Assembly (NCBI RefSeq): GCF_004010195.1
Contig: NC_057719.1
Span: forward strand, 56,684,606-56,748,605
Origin: Chiloscyllium plagiosum
Taxonomy: Eukaryota
Direction: 5' to 3'
DNA length: 64,000 nucleotides
In this document: positions 35,705 through 49,836 of the stretch, one piece after another
Numbering within the stretch: the first letter of the stretch is position 1
Layout of the letters: each line of letters starts with the position of its first letter
Notes under the pieces: model-generated
The model's input: only the letters and a program-made list of their open reading frames with translations
Told to the model about the DNA's origin: nothing
Database searches by the model: none
Position numbers and translations under genes: made by a program

Positions 35705-37944
35705 CTGCAAAACAGTACAAGGAAAATATTATTTATATACAAGCTATTGTTGGGAATTTTCCATCAACTATTGCTCTTTGTAAAGAGATTTAAAGAACTT
35801 TAAAGAACTTTTAACTTTTCTGAGGCTTATACTAAATGTTTTCAGAATTTTACAAGCTTTTGAAGTGCCATAAGCATGTTTGGAGAATTTATTTAACTCA
35901 TGCATACTTAATTCCACTGAGAAAGGAACAAGGATATGCATGCTCCAAAGAAGAATAGTAAATGTGAGCAATCAAATAGCTCTCAGCCAATACCAGAAAA
36001 ATGCAAGAGCAAGAAATTAATTCCATGTTAGAAAGTGACTACACAGTGTCAAGTGAACCAGTCCTGATTTAGTGAGAACAAAAAGAGAAATGGATTTTCT
36101 TCTGCAGGGCTTCATAAGTCAGCAGAATTCATAATGAATTAAAATGAAATGTTTTGGGCACTACATCATTGAGATTAAACCAGAAAGACACGATTTCTGT
36201 TCTGAGTAAAGATGGAAATATGGAAGGTAAAAAGTAAAAATACATTCAGTAAGAAAAAAACAATGTCAAAAATAACATACCAAAAAAATCCTAACATAAA
36301 TTTAAAAGCAAAAAAAACTAAACTCGGAAATTAGGCCTACCAGTTTAGCACATTGACACTGAACTGTGTATTTATTACACAAATTACAAAATATCTGAAA
36401 CGATATAGAAGCTTGACTAAATCTGCAACATAACGGATTGCAATTAAGCTTAATTAAAGTCAATTAATTTGGACTGATGAGATTGATCATAAAATATATT
36501 ACAACAATACCATTGTTGCAAACCAGAGTTTTCTTGGAGGCATGTTCGGTTTAGTTTATGTAAACCTCAGTGAAAGACTCAGAACACATCGAAGATAAAT
36601 TTCAAATGAAAGGCAAACAACTTAGCTATGTAATTAAATCTCCATTCACTTAAATGAGTAAAATATAATTTTGACTTTAAATTAGCAAGAATAAATTACG
36701 TCCTCTACAGTCCAAATTAAAGTATTATCTGGACTGGAAATGTAATTTAATGAAATTACTCAAAACTACAGAAATGTATTGATTGGTTCCCTTTTTAAAG
36801 AACATGTAAAATAAACTAAATATTTATAAGTTACAAATATATTTAGGAGCTAGAAATGACAGGCTGAAGGAAGTTTTTTTTAAATTTTGCACAGCATACC
36901 ATTCATAGCTAGCGTGAAAGACCTTCCGTTTCAAGCCTTTGCCCTTTACCTTGATGAGGCCAATGTTTTCTAGTGGAGGTTTGGGAAGAAGAAGAAATAT
37001 CACAGCATTTCTTTCTTTAAAGTGAAGAAAATGAAGCAAAAAATGAATTGGACAAGAAGGGGAGAAAAGGGAAAAAGAGAACAGGCGTGAGAAATGACAC
37101 AAATAGTAAAAGTTGAAGGGTATCAATAATAAATGTGCAGAACAGAGAGATAATGAGCAGAAATCCTGACGCCAAACCCACCAGCTACTTCAAAACAGAA
37201 GTTAAAGCTGACAATTACACAATGGACAAAGCACGATATTCAGAGAACAATAACTTGAATATTATATATTCTTTAAAAAACCAAAAGAGACATATAGTAG
37301 GAATGCACAATTAGATTTTCTTTGCTTTGACTTTTCAGGCTATGCCAGAGTCAGATTTAAAATACCAAATATTATGGTTGGAGCAAGCATATCGACAATA
37401 CAAAGAAGATCCATTAAAACACTACACCCAAACTGGAAGTCTACACATCTCTTAACAGCATTGGAGTAAGCACCTTCGTGTAAAAGAATTTATCTCTGAG
37501 TGTGTCACACAACAGTAAGTATATCTAGGAAGGGATGTGTCTTGAAGCATTCCATTGACTCAAGATTCTCATTTCAGTCCAGCAATTTCATTCGAGATGT
37601 TCATATTATGGAGGTTAAGAGTCTCCAGGGACTGTACTTCAATAGGAAATGTTAGTTAGCATCAAAACACAAAATCCTGGTTTATTTTTAAATGCTTGCT
37701 GAACATGCTGGATTCTACTGAGAAGAGCACATTCATTAAAATACAAATACAAAATTATATGTTCAGTGTAAAAATCTGTGGGATACTGAATAAACACTTA
37801 AAAAGTATCAGTTTACAATGATAATTTCCTTACATATTACTATATAGCTATACTTGCAAGTAGAGACAAAGACAAATATATTCCTATAATATTCAAAATG
37901 CTCATTATTCAAACTAAGTGTTCAAAGAGGTACATAACTGATCG

Positions 37945-39093
37945 ATATGGACTTCAGTATGGCATTCGACAAGGTTCCCCATGGGAGACTGGTTAGCAAG
38001 GTTAGATCTCATGGAATACAGAAAGAACTACTGATTTGGGTACAGAACTGGCTTGAAGGTAGAAGACAGATGGTGGTGGAGGAGGGTTGTTTTTCAGACT
38101 GGAGCCCTGCAACCAGTAGAGTGCCACAATGATCAGTGCTGGGTCCACTACTTTTCATCATTTATATAAATGATTTGGATGTGAGCATAAAAGGTATAGT
38201 TACTAAGTTTGTCGATGACAGCAAAAAATGGAGGCATAGCGGACAGCAAAGAAGGTTACCTCAGATTACAAAGGGATCGGAGTTTAATTCACATAAATGC
38301 GAGGTGCTGCATTTTGGGAAAACAAACCTTAGCAGGACTTGTATACTTAATGGTTAGGACCAAGGGAGTGTTACTGAACAAAGAGACCTTGGAGTGCAGG
38401 TTCATAGCTCCTTGAAAGTAGAGTCACAGGTAGGTAGGATAGTGAAGAAAGTATTTGGTATGCTTCCCTTTATAGGTCAGAGTATTGAGTACAGGAGTTG
38501 TGAAGTCATGTTGCAACTGTACAGGACGTTGGTTAGGCCACTTTTAGAATGTCGTGCGCAATTCTGGTCTCCTTCCTACTGGAAGGATGTTGTGAAACTT
38601 GAAAGGGTTCCGAAAAGATTTACAAGGATGTTGCCAGGTTTGGAGGATTTGAGCTATGTGGAGAGGCTGAATAGGCTGGGGCTGTTTTCTCTGGAGTGTC
38701 GGAGGCTGAAGTGTGATCTTATCAAGATTATAAAATCATAAGGGACATGGATATTATAAATAGACAAAGTCTATCCCCCTGAGGTGGGGGAGTCCATAAC
38801 TAGAGGGCATAGGTTTAGAATGAGAGGGGAAAATTATAAAAGGGACCTAAGGGGCAACGTTTTCATGCAGAGGTTGGTGATTATATGGAATGAGCTGCCA
38901 GAGGAAATGATGGAGGCTAGTACAATTGCAACATTTAAAAGGCATCTGGATGGGTATATGAGTAGGAAGGGTTTGGAGGGATATGGGCCGGGTGTTGGCA
39001 AGTGGGACTAGATTAGATTGGGATATCTGGTTGGCATGGACGAGTTGGACTGAGGGGTCTGTTTCCGTGCTGTACATCTCTATGACTCTATGG
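37945..39093 (+). mobile_element. CR1/HER1-like LINE, 5'-truncated
   Basis: MDFSMAFDKVPHGRLVSKV, LGPLLFIIYINDLD, LYRTLVRPLLE; ctctatgactctatg tail. Confidence 0.93.
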
Positions 39094-41925
39094 CACTGTA
39101 GCAATAGGAACAGGGTAATTGCTACAAATGCCAGAGCATTTATGCCAATTCATGTTGGAATTATAATTTCCCATATCAGATATACCAACATGCCTATTTC
39201 AGACAGGTAGATAGAAGAGGGATAAGAGATCAATGTGACTATTTTAATGAATTAAGGTTTAATGGATTGCTCTGCTTAAAAAAAACATTTACTTGAAAGA
39301 GGAAAGATCAATTGATTTAGGATCCAAGGCAGTTAATAAACCTGCAGCCAAATCCAACAAGATTGTTTGGCAAAATGACTGAGAACTTAATCTAATGGCT
39401 GCCTAGTTTACGTCAAATAAGCTTGAAAAAGCTGTTAAACCAACAACTGTTCTGTGGAGAATGTTAATTTACTCACCACAGATGCATTCATAGTTACTTA
39501 GGAAGATAGCACTTTTCCAATTAACAAGAGCATTGTCTGCAGCTGTATGGAGAAAATGTCCCATTAAATCTAAACAGATTATAGTTCCTTCTCTGCTCAA
39601 TCTCCAAAATTAAGTGGAAAGCCTTATTCGGAATACAATTTCAATTCTTTCCAGAGGACAGCAGTCGAGCACATTTAAACTCAAACAGTTTCATTATAGA
39701 ACATAAAGTAAAGTAGGAATCAGAGTAAAGGAAATGCTTTAAATTCTCTTTCAGGAGTGTCACCATGCACATCACACTTTGTTTTGGAGGATAGTAATTC
39801 CCAAATGTGCAAATGTGGTAGTCGTTTCATCTGCTGGAAGATCCAATAACAGTAGATTAAATGAATGATCCAATGATTTTTTTTTGTTAGTAGATTGAAG
39901 CAGGAATAATGACTGAGACATTAGGGAAACTCTATTCTCCTCAGACTTTTAGCTTCCAATTGAACCAAACTATAGACTACACCTATATTGACTGAAGAAT
40001 GAATAATGCTAGGTATTGAAGTTCTGAAAAATTTAGGTAGCAATTATAATTTAAACATTTTCAATTATGAAAGTGACACTTCAACTGGGTCAAAGACACA
40101 CTTGCAAAGTGAGGTGGACCCAGAGACAGCAACTCTCAAGACAGCAGATGTGAAGAGAACATGGACAGACAGCAGCATCTAAAATAATTATCCAGTCCAG
40201 TTTCAATGCCTCAGAGTTTACCAACAGTGTTCTGACAGAAATCAAAGGACCACATCATAGCAAAAATAAATCAGTGATTGTCTAAGGAATATTTTACTTC
40301 CTGATCTTTCAAATCTTGACTAACTTGGTAATAATTATGTTCTTACAGGTCGGAATAAAGTTTGCTAGCAATAGTAAAATTTATTGGGGGCTGTAGTCTT
40401 TATTAATTATAAATTGAAAAATAAAAGGGTCAGATGCTGGGTTGTGCTTGCAGAATGTGGAAGCTCTTGGATGTCAGTATGGTCTAGGGAAAATGCATCT
40501 GCAGTAAATGTATGCAGCTTCAGGAGTGTTGGTTTAATCAGAGTTTGACACTGAGCTACAGACACTGCAGCACATCTGGGAAAGATGAAAAATGGCCTGC
40601 ACACTTTGTTCCAGATGTCTACACCCTCAGTGTGTTCTGATTTGGTCACTGGCCAGGACAGCGTGACTCTAAGTAAGGCAGGTATAGGGATCGACAACAT
40701 TAGAAGTAAAAGAAGCTCAACCTTTGCAATGGTCCAACAGGTTCAGTGAGCTTGCAGTCAGTATGGGTTAAAGTAGCAAACTGACCATTGTACAGGAGTC
40801 CATTAACACAGGGGTAATAATTAGGAATACAGTGGTATAATCAAGGGGATACAAATAGTTCTCTGCAGCCAGGTTTAAAAGCTCAGAAACTAATTTGCCT
40901 GTCTGGTACCAGGGTTTAAGACATCTGCTCTGAGCTGGAGAGGAACTTGCTGCAGGGTGTTCCATGCAGGTATTAGGTATGGCTATAAAACAGCTTCTGT
41001 TTAGGGAACAAAGGCAGCCAGGAAACAAATTGAAAAAGCAAAATCCCAAAGATAATAATCTCTGAATTGGTACCTGACACATGAGCAAATTGACCTATGG
41101 CGAATAAGATTCTAGCGCTCCAAAGATTGGTGTGGGAAACGGGTTTTGATTCTCGGAGCACTGACTAAAGTAGGAGCCTTACCATTGGGATAGTCCTCAT
41201 GTGATCCATGTTCAGGTGAATCATAATATTAGGGCTGGAGATAGGCATTTAAACTAAATGGAAGGTGAATCAAATGCAGGAAGATGGGATTAAAGAAAGA
41301 AAACAAGGCAACAGTTAAGGTGGCAATACAGGAAGTGATTATCAGGAAGGGACAGACATACAAACAAGAATGTGCTGGCAAATAAGCCAAAGATTGCAAA
41401 AGATGACAAAAAAAAATGAAAGCAAATAGTATTAGTAACAAGAAATTGACAGTTCAAATAGCAATGAACATTTATGATCTGATAGTCATTACAAAGACAT
41501 GGCGACAAGATAATAAAGGCCGAGATAGAAACATTCAAGGGTATATGACATTTCAGAAGGGCAGGGAGCTAAGTAAAGGTGAAAGAGTAGCTCTGCTAAT
41601 TACAGATGATATTTGTACAATAGAAAGAAGGATGATCTTAGTTCTAAAGGCCAAGATGTACAATCAGTTTGGGTAAAGAAAGAAACAGCAAAGGAAGGTA
41701 AGTAGTTCATAACCTCTTAATAGAAACCATGCTGTAGGATGATGCGTACAAGAAGAAATAAGGGCAATTACAGAAAGATATGGCAATAATCATGGGTGAT
41801 TTTAACATACATGTAGATTCAGCAAATCAGATTGAAAGAGGTGCTTGGGAAATGAGCAGTTATAGAGTGTTTTCAGGTTAATTTCTGCAGCCAAACAGAG
41901 AACAGGTAACTCTAGAACTGGTAAT

Positions 41926-42152
41926 AGATTAGATTAGATTACTTACAGCGTGGAAACAGGCCCTTTGGCCCAACAAGTCCACACCGACCCTCCGAAGAGC
42001 AGCCAACCAAACCCATTCCCCCACATTTACCGCTTCACCTAACACTATGGGCAATTTAGTACGGCCAATTCAACTAACCTGAGGTGGGCATTGAACCCGG
42101 GTCTCTGCCGCTGTGAGGCAGCAGTGCTAACTACTGTGCCATCGTGCCGCCC
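41926..42152 (-). mobile_element. HE1-type SINE with internal deletion
   Basis: tRNA-like head and (gatta)n tail present; central region missing relative to the 48479 copy. Confidence 0.85.
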
Positions 42153-44341
42153 ACTAATGTACAATGAACTGAGATTAGTTTGTGGCCTTATAATAAATTC
42201 ATCCCTAGCTAGCAACGATGATCAAATGAGTGAATTGTGCACACAGTTCAGGGCGGAAGAGTGGGTCTCATGCTAGTGTTTTATTTTTAAGTAAGGGAAA
42301 TTCTGGGGCATGAAGGCAGAAGACTAACATGAATTGAGAAATTAGATTAAGGGATAGGTCCATGGAGATACAATGGCAGAAACGTAAGGAGATATTTCAT
42401 ACCTCTGCAGATTGTTATACTGAGCATGTCAGAAGACAGAATGAAATCTCACTTAACAGATCATTTTTGAAGTTGGTTAATGTGTGGTGGTTAGTCACTA
42501 TAATATATTCATACATGGTTGCATATGTTCTTTAACAAGAGAACATAAGTTTATTGCAGAAAAAGAAATGAACATAGTGTTATTCAAAAAGATAAAACAG
42601 TTAGAAAGATCATAACACAAACATCAAAACAAAGTTTCAACCTGTTTCCCCAACATTACCCTTTACAAAAGCACAATCTCTGAGAAATATTGCTCACTTC
42701 TTAACTTGTTAAATCTTTACTCAACTAACACTTTCCAGTTTCCTTTTGTTGGGCTATTGCGATCATTTTAAAAAAAAGACTCCTTTCAGAGTCTGTTGGA
42801 GTGAACTTTTCAGAGTTATGATAGCCAAAACTTTCTCAATTTAACAAATGAAAGATTTCTGTCCAAAGTGTCCTGTCTTGGAAATTCCACAGGCTAGGAA
42901 CCACTTATAATGATATGACTGGTCCCGTGAACTGACTAGCTTCTCCTGCCTCCTGTTCTGAACTGAACTCTGCATACTTCTTAATTTAAAAGCTTTGAAC
43001 TTACTGGTTTTATGTTTTTATTCTGCCTGTCATAAACCCAACAATATAAATATTACATCCATTAACACTACAGGGATTCTCCCAGACACTACACTGAAAT
43101 CACATGCTTTCTGGGAACTGATGGTTAGGTCACTATTCCAAATTTACTTCCTGGTCTTTTTAATAGAACTAACTCACATTCATCTGCCTTTACTTTGAAT
43201 ATGTTATACATATTTGTAAGATATATTCCAAGGAGAAAGACATACTTTAGGGAAAGGATACACTGTTCTTCCCTATATAAGGATAGTATCCAGGAGTATC
43301 AAATAAAAAAGCACATACTACCACTACATTAGTTGCAGATCAGAAGATTGGATTGAACATAAAAAATAGCAAAAAAAAGGATAAAAGTAGCAAGGAAAAG
43401 AATAATAATGGAAAAATTAAGAGTATGAGGGAAAGATAACCAGAAATATGAAAACAGTTAAGTTTCTACAGATATTTAGAAATGAAAAAAGTAATGTAAA
43501 TGTTGTTTTTTTACACAAGGAGAGTCTGATGAATTAATAATAGTTAATAAATAAATGGTAGATAAATTGAATAGATATTTTGCATCTGTCTTCAATGAAG
43601 ATGATGCATATAATTTTCAAGAAATAAGTATGAATTAAGAGCTTAAAGGGAGTAGAACTAAAACCTGACATGTCCCCACATCATAATGGAAATCATTCCA
43701 AAGTCAAAAATCGCTGTTGAGATATTAATTTAATTTTCCAAAACTTCCTAGATTCTGAAAAGGTCTGATGTGATTAAGAAATAGTGAATGTAAATTTGGT
43801 ATTCAATAAATTTGGGATGCAGAAACAAGAAAACCACAGGTCAAATATCTGTCATAGGGAAATATGTTGGAACCTATTACAAAGGAAATTGCAGCAGGCA
43901 TTTTGAAACTTGTATTCAGATAGGGTCAACATTCTTTCATGGAAGGGAAATATTTTTTGACTAATTTATTAAAGACTTTCAGGATCTATCAAGCAATGTG
44001 AATTAAGGGGAATCTGTGGATGTGGTATACTTAAGATTTTTAAAGAGAACTTTATTAAAGTGCCACATCAAGTGCCACTGCATAAATTAAGAACTCCTAG
44101 TGCAGGGTAACATATTGCCATAGAGAGGGGCTCAGTTAGATAACAGGGACTGGAACGGAGGCATAAATGGGTCATTTTAAGTTGACAAAATTGAATATGA
44201 GGGGTGCCAGAGGGATCAGAATTGGGAACTCACATTCTCACAATCTCTATTAATGACCTGGATGACAGAATCAAATAGATGGTGCAGAAACTGAAACTAT
44301 TGGAGAAACTCAGCAGGCCTGGCAGTATCTGTAGAATGATT

Positions 44342-44510
44342 AGGCAAAAGTGAGGACTCCAGATGCTGGAAATCAGAGTCTAGATTAGAGTGGTTCTGGA
44401 AAAGCACAGCTGGTCAGGCAGCATCCAAGGAGCAGGAAAATCGACATTTCGGGCAAAAGCCCTTCATGAGGACTGAAGGCAGGGAGCCTCCAGGGTGGAG
44501 ATCTCTTTGC
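44342..44510 (-). mobile_element. Penelope-like terminal fragment nested in an older terminal repeat
   Basis: Minus CTCATGA-a-gggc-tttt-gccc-GAAA-t-GTC (44470-44443); agaatgatt at 44333-44341 and 44511-44519. Confidence 0.78.
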
Positions 44511-45576
44511 AGAATGATTGCAGAGTTAATGTTTCAAGTCCAATGACCCCTGTTCAGATCGGATAGTAGTTAGGAAAAACCAAATTTATGGTTGATTTCA
44601 CAGAATCATAGCATGCCTACATTATTGAAGCAGCTGAAAATGTGTTGCTGGAAAAGGGCAGGTCAGGCAGGCTATTTGACACATCGAGTCCACACCAATC
44701 CTCTGAACAGCATCCCTCCCAGACCTACCCCTCTACCCTAACCATGTAACCCTGCACATCCCATACCTAATCCATCTAGTCGACACACCTTTGGACATAA
44801 TGAGCAATATAGCATGCCAAAAACACCGAATCTGCACGTTTGTACTGTGGAAGATTTTCTGAAGACACAACGGTAGGTAGGAAAGTAAGTTGCCAAGAAG
44901 ACATAAGGTATCTACAAAGAGACACAGATAGGTGAGTGGGCAAAATTTTGGAGCATGGAATGTAGTGTGGGAAAATGTGAACTTGTCCATTTTGGCAGAA
45001 AGATAAAAAAAAAGCATATAACTTAATGGGGAGAGATGGCACAACTTTCAGTATTTTATATAAGCTTCCCTCTTTTTCTTTAACAAATTCTTGATATCTC
45101 TTGACATCTGGAGTTCCCTGGACTTGCTGCCTTTGCCCTTCACTCTTGGAGGAACACGCTGCCCCTAAATGCTCACTGTATTACTTTTAAAAGACTCCCA
45201 GTTTCCAAATTTATACTTATCTGCAAGTAGCTGCTCCCAGTTTATTGGCCAAATCCTGTCTAGTGATATTAAAATTGGCCTTCCTCCAATTTAGACACAG
45301 CTTCGTCATTATCCTTATCTGGAGTAATGTATGTAGTTTTGGTCCCCTTATGTAAGGAAAGTATTATTTCATTAGAGGGATTGAAAGAAGGCTCACCTGG
45401 ACAACTCCCAGCATGGAAGGATTGTCTTGAAGTTGGGACTACTCACTGGAGTTTAGAAGAATGAGAGGTAATCACATTAAAACATGCACAATTTTTAAGG
45501 GGCTTGACAGGATAAATGCTTCCCCTCATGACAGTGTCTAGTGTCAGAGTACACAGTCTAAGAATAAAAGACCAAG

Positions 45577-46515
45577 ATAGAGTCATAGAGATGTACAGCA
45601 TGGAAATAGACCCTTTGGTCCAACTCGTCCATGCCGACCAGATATCCCAACCCAATCCAGTCCCACCTGCCAGCACCCGGCCCATATCCCTCCAAACCCT
45701 TCCTATTCATACACCCATCTAGATGCCTTTTAAATGTTGCAATTGCATTAGCCTCCACCACTTCCTCTGGCAGCTCATTCCATACACGTACCACACTCTG
45801 TGTGAAAAGTTGCCTCTTTGGTCTTTTTTATATCTTTCCCCTCTCACCCTAAACCTAAGCCCTTTAGGTCTAGACTCCCACACCCCAGGAAAAAGACTTT
45901 GTCTATTTATCCTATCCTTGACCCTTGTGATTTTTAAAATCTAAGGTCATCCCTCAGCATCGGATGCTCCAGGGAAAACAGCCCCAGCCTATTCAGCCTC
46001 TCCCTACACCTCAAATCCTCTAACCCTGGCAACATTCCTGTAAATCTTTTCTGAACCCTTTCAAGTTTCACAACATCCTTCCAATAGGAAGGAGACTAGA
46101 ATTGCACGCAATATTCCAAAAGTGGCCTAACCAATGTCCTGTATAACTGCAACATGACTGCCCAACTCTGACCAATAAAGGAAAGCATACCAAAAGCCTT
46201 CTCCACTATCCTATCTACCTGCGACTCTACTTTCAAGGAGCTATGAACCTGCACTCCAAGGTCTCTTTGTCCAGCAACACTCCCTAGGACCTTACCATTA
46301 AGTGCATAAGCCCTGCTAAGTTTTGCTTTCCCAAAATGCAGCACCTCACATTTATCTAAATTAAACTCCATCTGCCACACTTCAGCCCACTGGCCCATCT
46401 AGTCAAGATCCCGTTGTAATCTGAGGTAACCTTCTTCACGTCCACTACACCTCCAATTTTGGTGTCATCTGCCATCTTACTAACTGTGCCTCTTATGCTC
46501 ACATCCAAATCATTT
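45577..46515 (-). mobile_element. CR1/HER1-like LINE, 5'-truncated
   Basis: WAEVWQMEFNLDKCEVLHFG...LYRTLVRPLLEYCVQF; standard tail. Confidence 0.93.
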
Positions 46516-47580
46516 GAAGAGGATTTTTTTCTGTCAGAGGGTTGAGTGTCTTTGAAAGATGTTACCACAGAATCTGTGTGGGCAGAGTCCTTGTGTATAT
46601 CTAAGGTTGAGATAGATTAATTCTTGATCAATAGAGAAATCAAAAGTCCTGGGGAAAACACAGGAATGTGATCATGAGGAACAGCCACGATCCTATTGAA
46701 TAGCAAAGCATGCTTAAGTGGCTAAATGGCCCACTCCCGTTCCTATTTCTTATGGTGTTATGGTCTTGAGTTTTGGCAGTGTTATCTAAATGATACAGAA
46801 GGAAAGGTGAGTTAGAAGGTTCTGATTTAATGTATAACAATGTTTGCTGCAATGTGAATGTCTAACATAATTAAAATCTTAAGGGGGAGTGTAGTTATTA
46901 GCATTCATGTTCTTTGATTTTTATGCAGTAATATTATTTGGATTTACACTATGAACCTCGCAGTCTTATCTATTTACTAACTATTTGGGCCTCACATTAA
47001 TACAAAACGCCACTGGTCTCTCCTGAGATCATAATACTTAGCATTATTGGCTCTGCTACTTTTAATGACCATGTACCATTGAGGATAAATGTCAATCTGA
47101 TCAAAATACCATTGTCTATGTCCTATTTGACACTAAGGGCAGAACCTTAACACAACAGACTTGCATGCAGCTGACAAACCTGAATTTTTGCCATTGCACT
47201 TCTAACAGCTACAATATTAGCATTCAGCTTATGGGCTTCTTGACTAATCACCATGGGTGGGACGGCACGGTACCTGTCAAAGACTAGACTTCTAGTCAAA
47301 GAGATACTCAGATTAGAATGACTGAACTATACATTCATTGCTGAACCTTCAGCAACCATAGAAATGGCATCCTCACCAGGTCTCCGACTTTTACCCGGAG
47401 ATCCTGTTGAGACATCTGAAGGACTGAAGTGAGATTATGTGCAGTAAGCTCTTTGGATCTGGATACAGTACACCAAAGTAATTCATGATTTCAGAAAGAG
47501 ATGAGAAATGTGTGTCAAAATGCATAAATCCTCCACACACTGGCTTTTCCAGCATTCTCCTGCACACCTCTCAGGTTAAA

Positions 47581-47895
47581 GGTGGCACGGTGGCTCAGAG
47601 GTTAGCACAGCTTCCTCAAAGCGCCAGGGAAACAGGTTGGATTCCAGTCTCTGGCCACTGTCTGTGTGTAGTTTGCACATTCTCCCTGTGTCTGCATGGG
47701 TTTCCTCTGGGTGCTCCAGTTTCCTCCCACAGTTCAAAGATGTGGAGGTCACGTGAATTGGCAATGCTAAATTGCCCATAATGTTAGGTGGATTAGTCAG
47801 AGGGAATTGGGTCTGGATGGGTCACTCTTCGGATTGTCGGTATGGACTTGTTGGGTTGAAGGCCTGTTTTAAGCTGTAGGGAATCTAATCTAATC
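47581..47895 (+). mobile_element. HE1-type V-SINE (diverged)
   Basis: ggtggcacggtggctcagaggttagcac head, gggtttcctc core, (taatc)n tail. Confidence 0.87.
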
Positions 47896-48478
47896 AATAC
47901 ATCTTGCAACTCCAAGTACTGCTCTCTCATAGCACCTCTTCATATCCTCATCCTCAAAGCCAGCATTGAAATTCACCGATCTTTGTGTCATCTCACTCAG
48001 GTTTAGCCGCTTTCCACTATGTTGTTCTTCCCTCCTTCATAAATAATTAATTTCTTATACTCAGTTCTCTACCTTCTCTCCTTGCAAGAAATGCAGAACT
48101 CCATGAAGGGACAGAAAACCAGAGCAGGACCTCCAGAGAGCCTGAGGGCCAATGGCTCTGCATGCTACATGCTAAACTGGGAAGTTTCTGTCTCTGTTCC
48201 ATGTGGATACAGATATCAATTATGACTGATCATGAATGCCTAAACATTATGAAGCACTAGTGCTTACATGGGAAGAGACAGGTGCCTGCAGACCCTATTT
48301 TGGGTTGTCACCACCTTTGTGATGTGCTCATTTCCTCTGCCTGGTGGAGTGATTGAAGCGCAGGCCACTACTGCTCCTATTGCTCTTCTTATTCTGAAGA
48401 AAAACCCAAGATAGAACTGCACATACTTTTCCCATGCCACAAAATGCAGACCATCAGTAGGGGAAAGTAAATCAAGGT

Positions 48479-48793
48479 GGGTGGCACGGTGGCACAGTGG
48501 TTAGCACTGCTGTCTCACAGCGCCAGAGACCCGGGTTCAATTCCCGCCTCAGGCGACTGACTGTGTGGAGTTTGCACATTCTCCCCGTGTCTGTGTGGGT
48601 TTCCTCCGGGTGCTCTGGTTTCCTCCCACAGTCCAAAGATGTGCAGATTAGGTGAATTGGCCATGCTAAATTGCCCGTAGTGTTAGGTAAGGGGTAAATG
48701 TAGGGGTATGGATGGGTTGCGCTTCGGCGGGGCGGTGGACTTGTTGGGCCGAAGGGTCTGTTTCCACACTGTAAGTAATCTAATCTAATCTAA
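48479..48793 (+). mobile_element. HE1-type tRNA-derived V-SINE, near full length
   Basis: A box tggcacagtgg, B box ggttcaattcc, V-domain gggtttcctccgggtgctctggtttcctcccacagtccaaaga, CR1-like 3' end, (taatc)n tail. Confidence 0.93.
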
Positions 48794-49464
48794 AGGTGAA
48801 TGAAGTTCAAGACATAAGGGGTGGCTTCTATGAAGTTGGAAATCAGCTGTTAAACAGTGAAAGGACATTGTTAGAAGTGCTCTGAGAACGAGTCCCTCAC
48901 CTTGGATTGGCAGTTCTATTGAGAAAACACTCCACAGAACTAAGTAAACCTATGCATAGGGTGTTAAAGTTAGAATGTTGGGTTAAATACAGAGTTAATT
49001 GGTCATTTAAAATTAGTTACTTATGAGCAGTTCTACTAGTGTTTGTGCTTGCCTGCAAACCACTTGAATAAAACCTGGAAGTGAACTAAATCAAGCAGAG
49101 TTCATTGACACTTTTGGGGTTTAACTCCCTGAACACACCTGAACAGTTAAAATTCTGCCCCAAGTTTCATTTTTTAAAATTAATTCTGTCTAAGTCAATT
49201 TTCAATGGCCCACTATCCATAATGAATCAAATTCAAAATCTGTGTCTTTGCCTACAATTTCCACTTAGTGTTTTTCTCCCTGCCTTTATAGCTCTTCCAG
49301 CCCTATGTTAATGTCTGCTCACCTGACTCTGGCCTCACTTTCCCCTGTTCTATTTCTCTCTTTCTAATCTTTTTTGTTATAGGACTTTCAAGTACTTGGG
49401 CCTCATACTTTTGGATCCTCGCTAAAACTTACCACATCTTACTTCTCTCTCCTCAGTCACCTCA

Positions 49465-49681
49465 GGAGTCAGTTAGTTCAGCTGGCTGAATGGATAATTT
49501 GGATGCAAAGTGATGCCAATAGTGTTCACGTGTACAATTCCCACACTGACGTTAACAGGAAGGACTCTCCTTCTCAACCTTTCCTCTTGCCTGAGCCATG
49601 GTCTCCCTCAGGTTAAACCACCAGTCATCGCTCTCTAATAAAAGAAAAGCCCTATGGTTTGCTAAGACTATGGCAACCTTA
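49465..49681 (+). mobile_element. Old tRNA-derived SINE-like element
   Basis: ttagttcagctggc A-box-like start; body ctcaggttaaaccaccagtc...ctatggcaacctta. Family not confidently named. Confidence 0.5.
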
Positions 49682-49836
49682 GAGGAGAAAGTGAGGTCTG
49701 CAGATGCTGGAGATCAGAGCTGAAAATGTGTTGCTGGAAAAGCGCAGCAGGTCAGGCAGCATCCAGGAGAATGTCGATTCTCCTGTTCCCTGGATGCTGC
49801 CTGACCTGCTGCGCTTTTCCAGCAACACATTTTCAG
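49682..49836. mobile_element. 155-bp palindromic mini-element with 14-bp TSD, hammerhead core absent
   Basis: 50-bp inverted arms 49718-49767 / 49789-49838; ctatggcaacctta at 49668-49681 and 49837-49850. Confidence 0.9.

Larger units (their letters stand above)
40420..45545 (+). mobile_element. Long, old CR1-like LINE (ORF1 and ORF2 remnants) with nested insertions
   Basis: Endonuclease remnant YDLIVITKTW...NIQGY (41416-41676), IIMGDFN (~41790), decayed RT 43400-44270 and 3' part 45320-45545. Confidence 0.65.

Noticed and set aside
42413..43210. Possible solo LTR inside the old CR1
   Set aside because: Looks like an insertion, but I could not establish termini or a TSD convincingly.
48479..48550. 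tRNA gene
   Set aside because: A/B boxes belong to the head of a multi-copy SINE.
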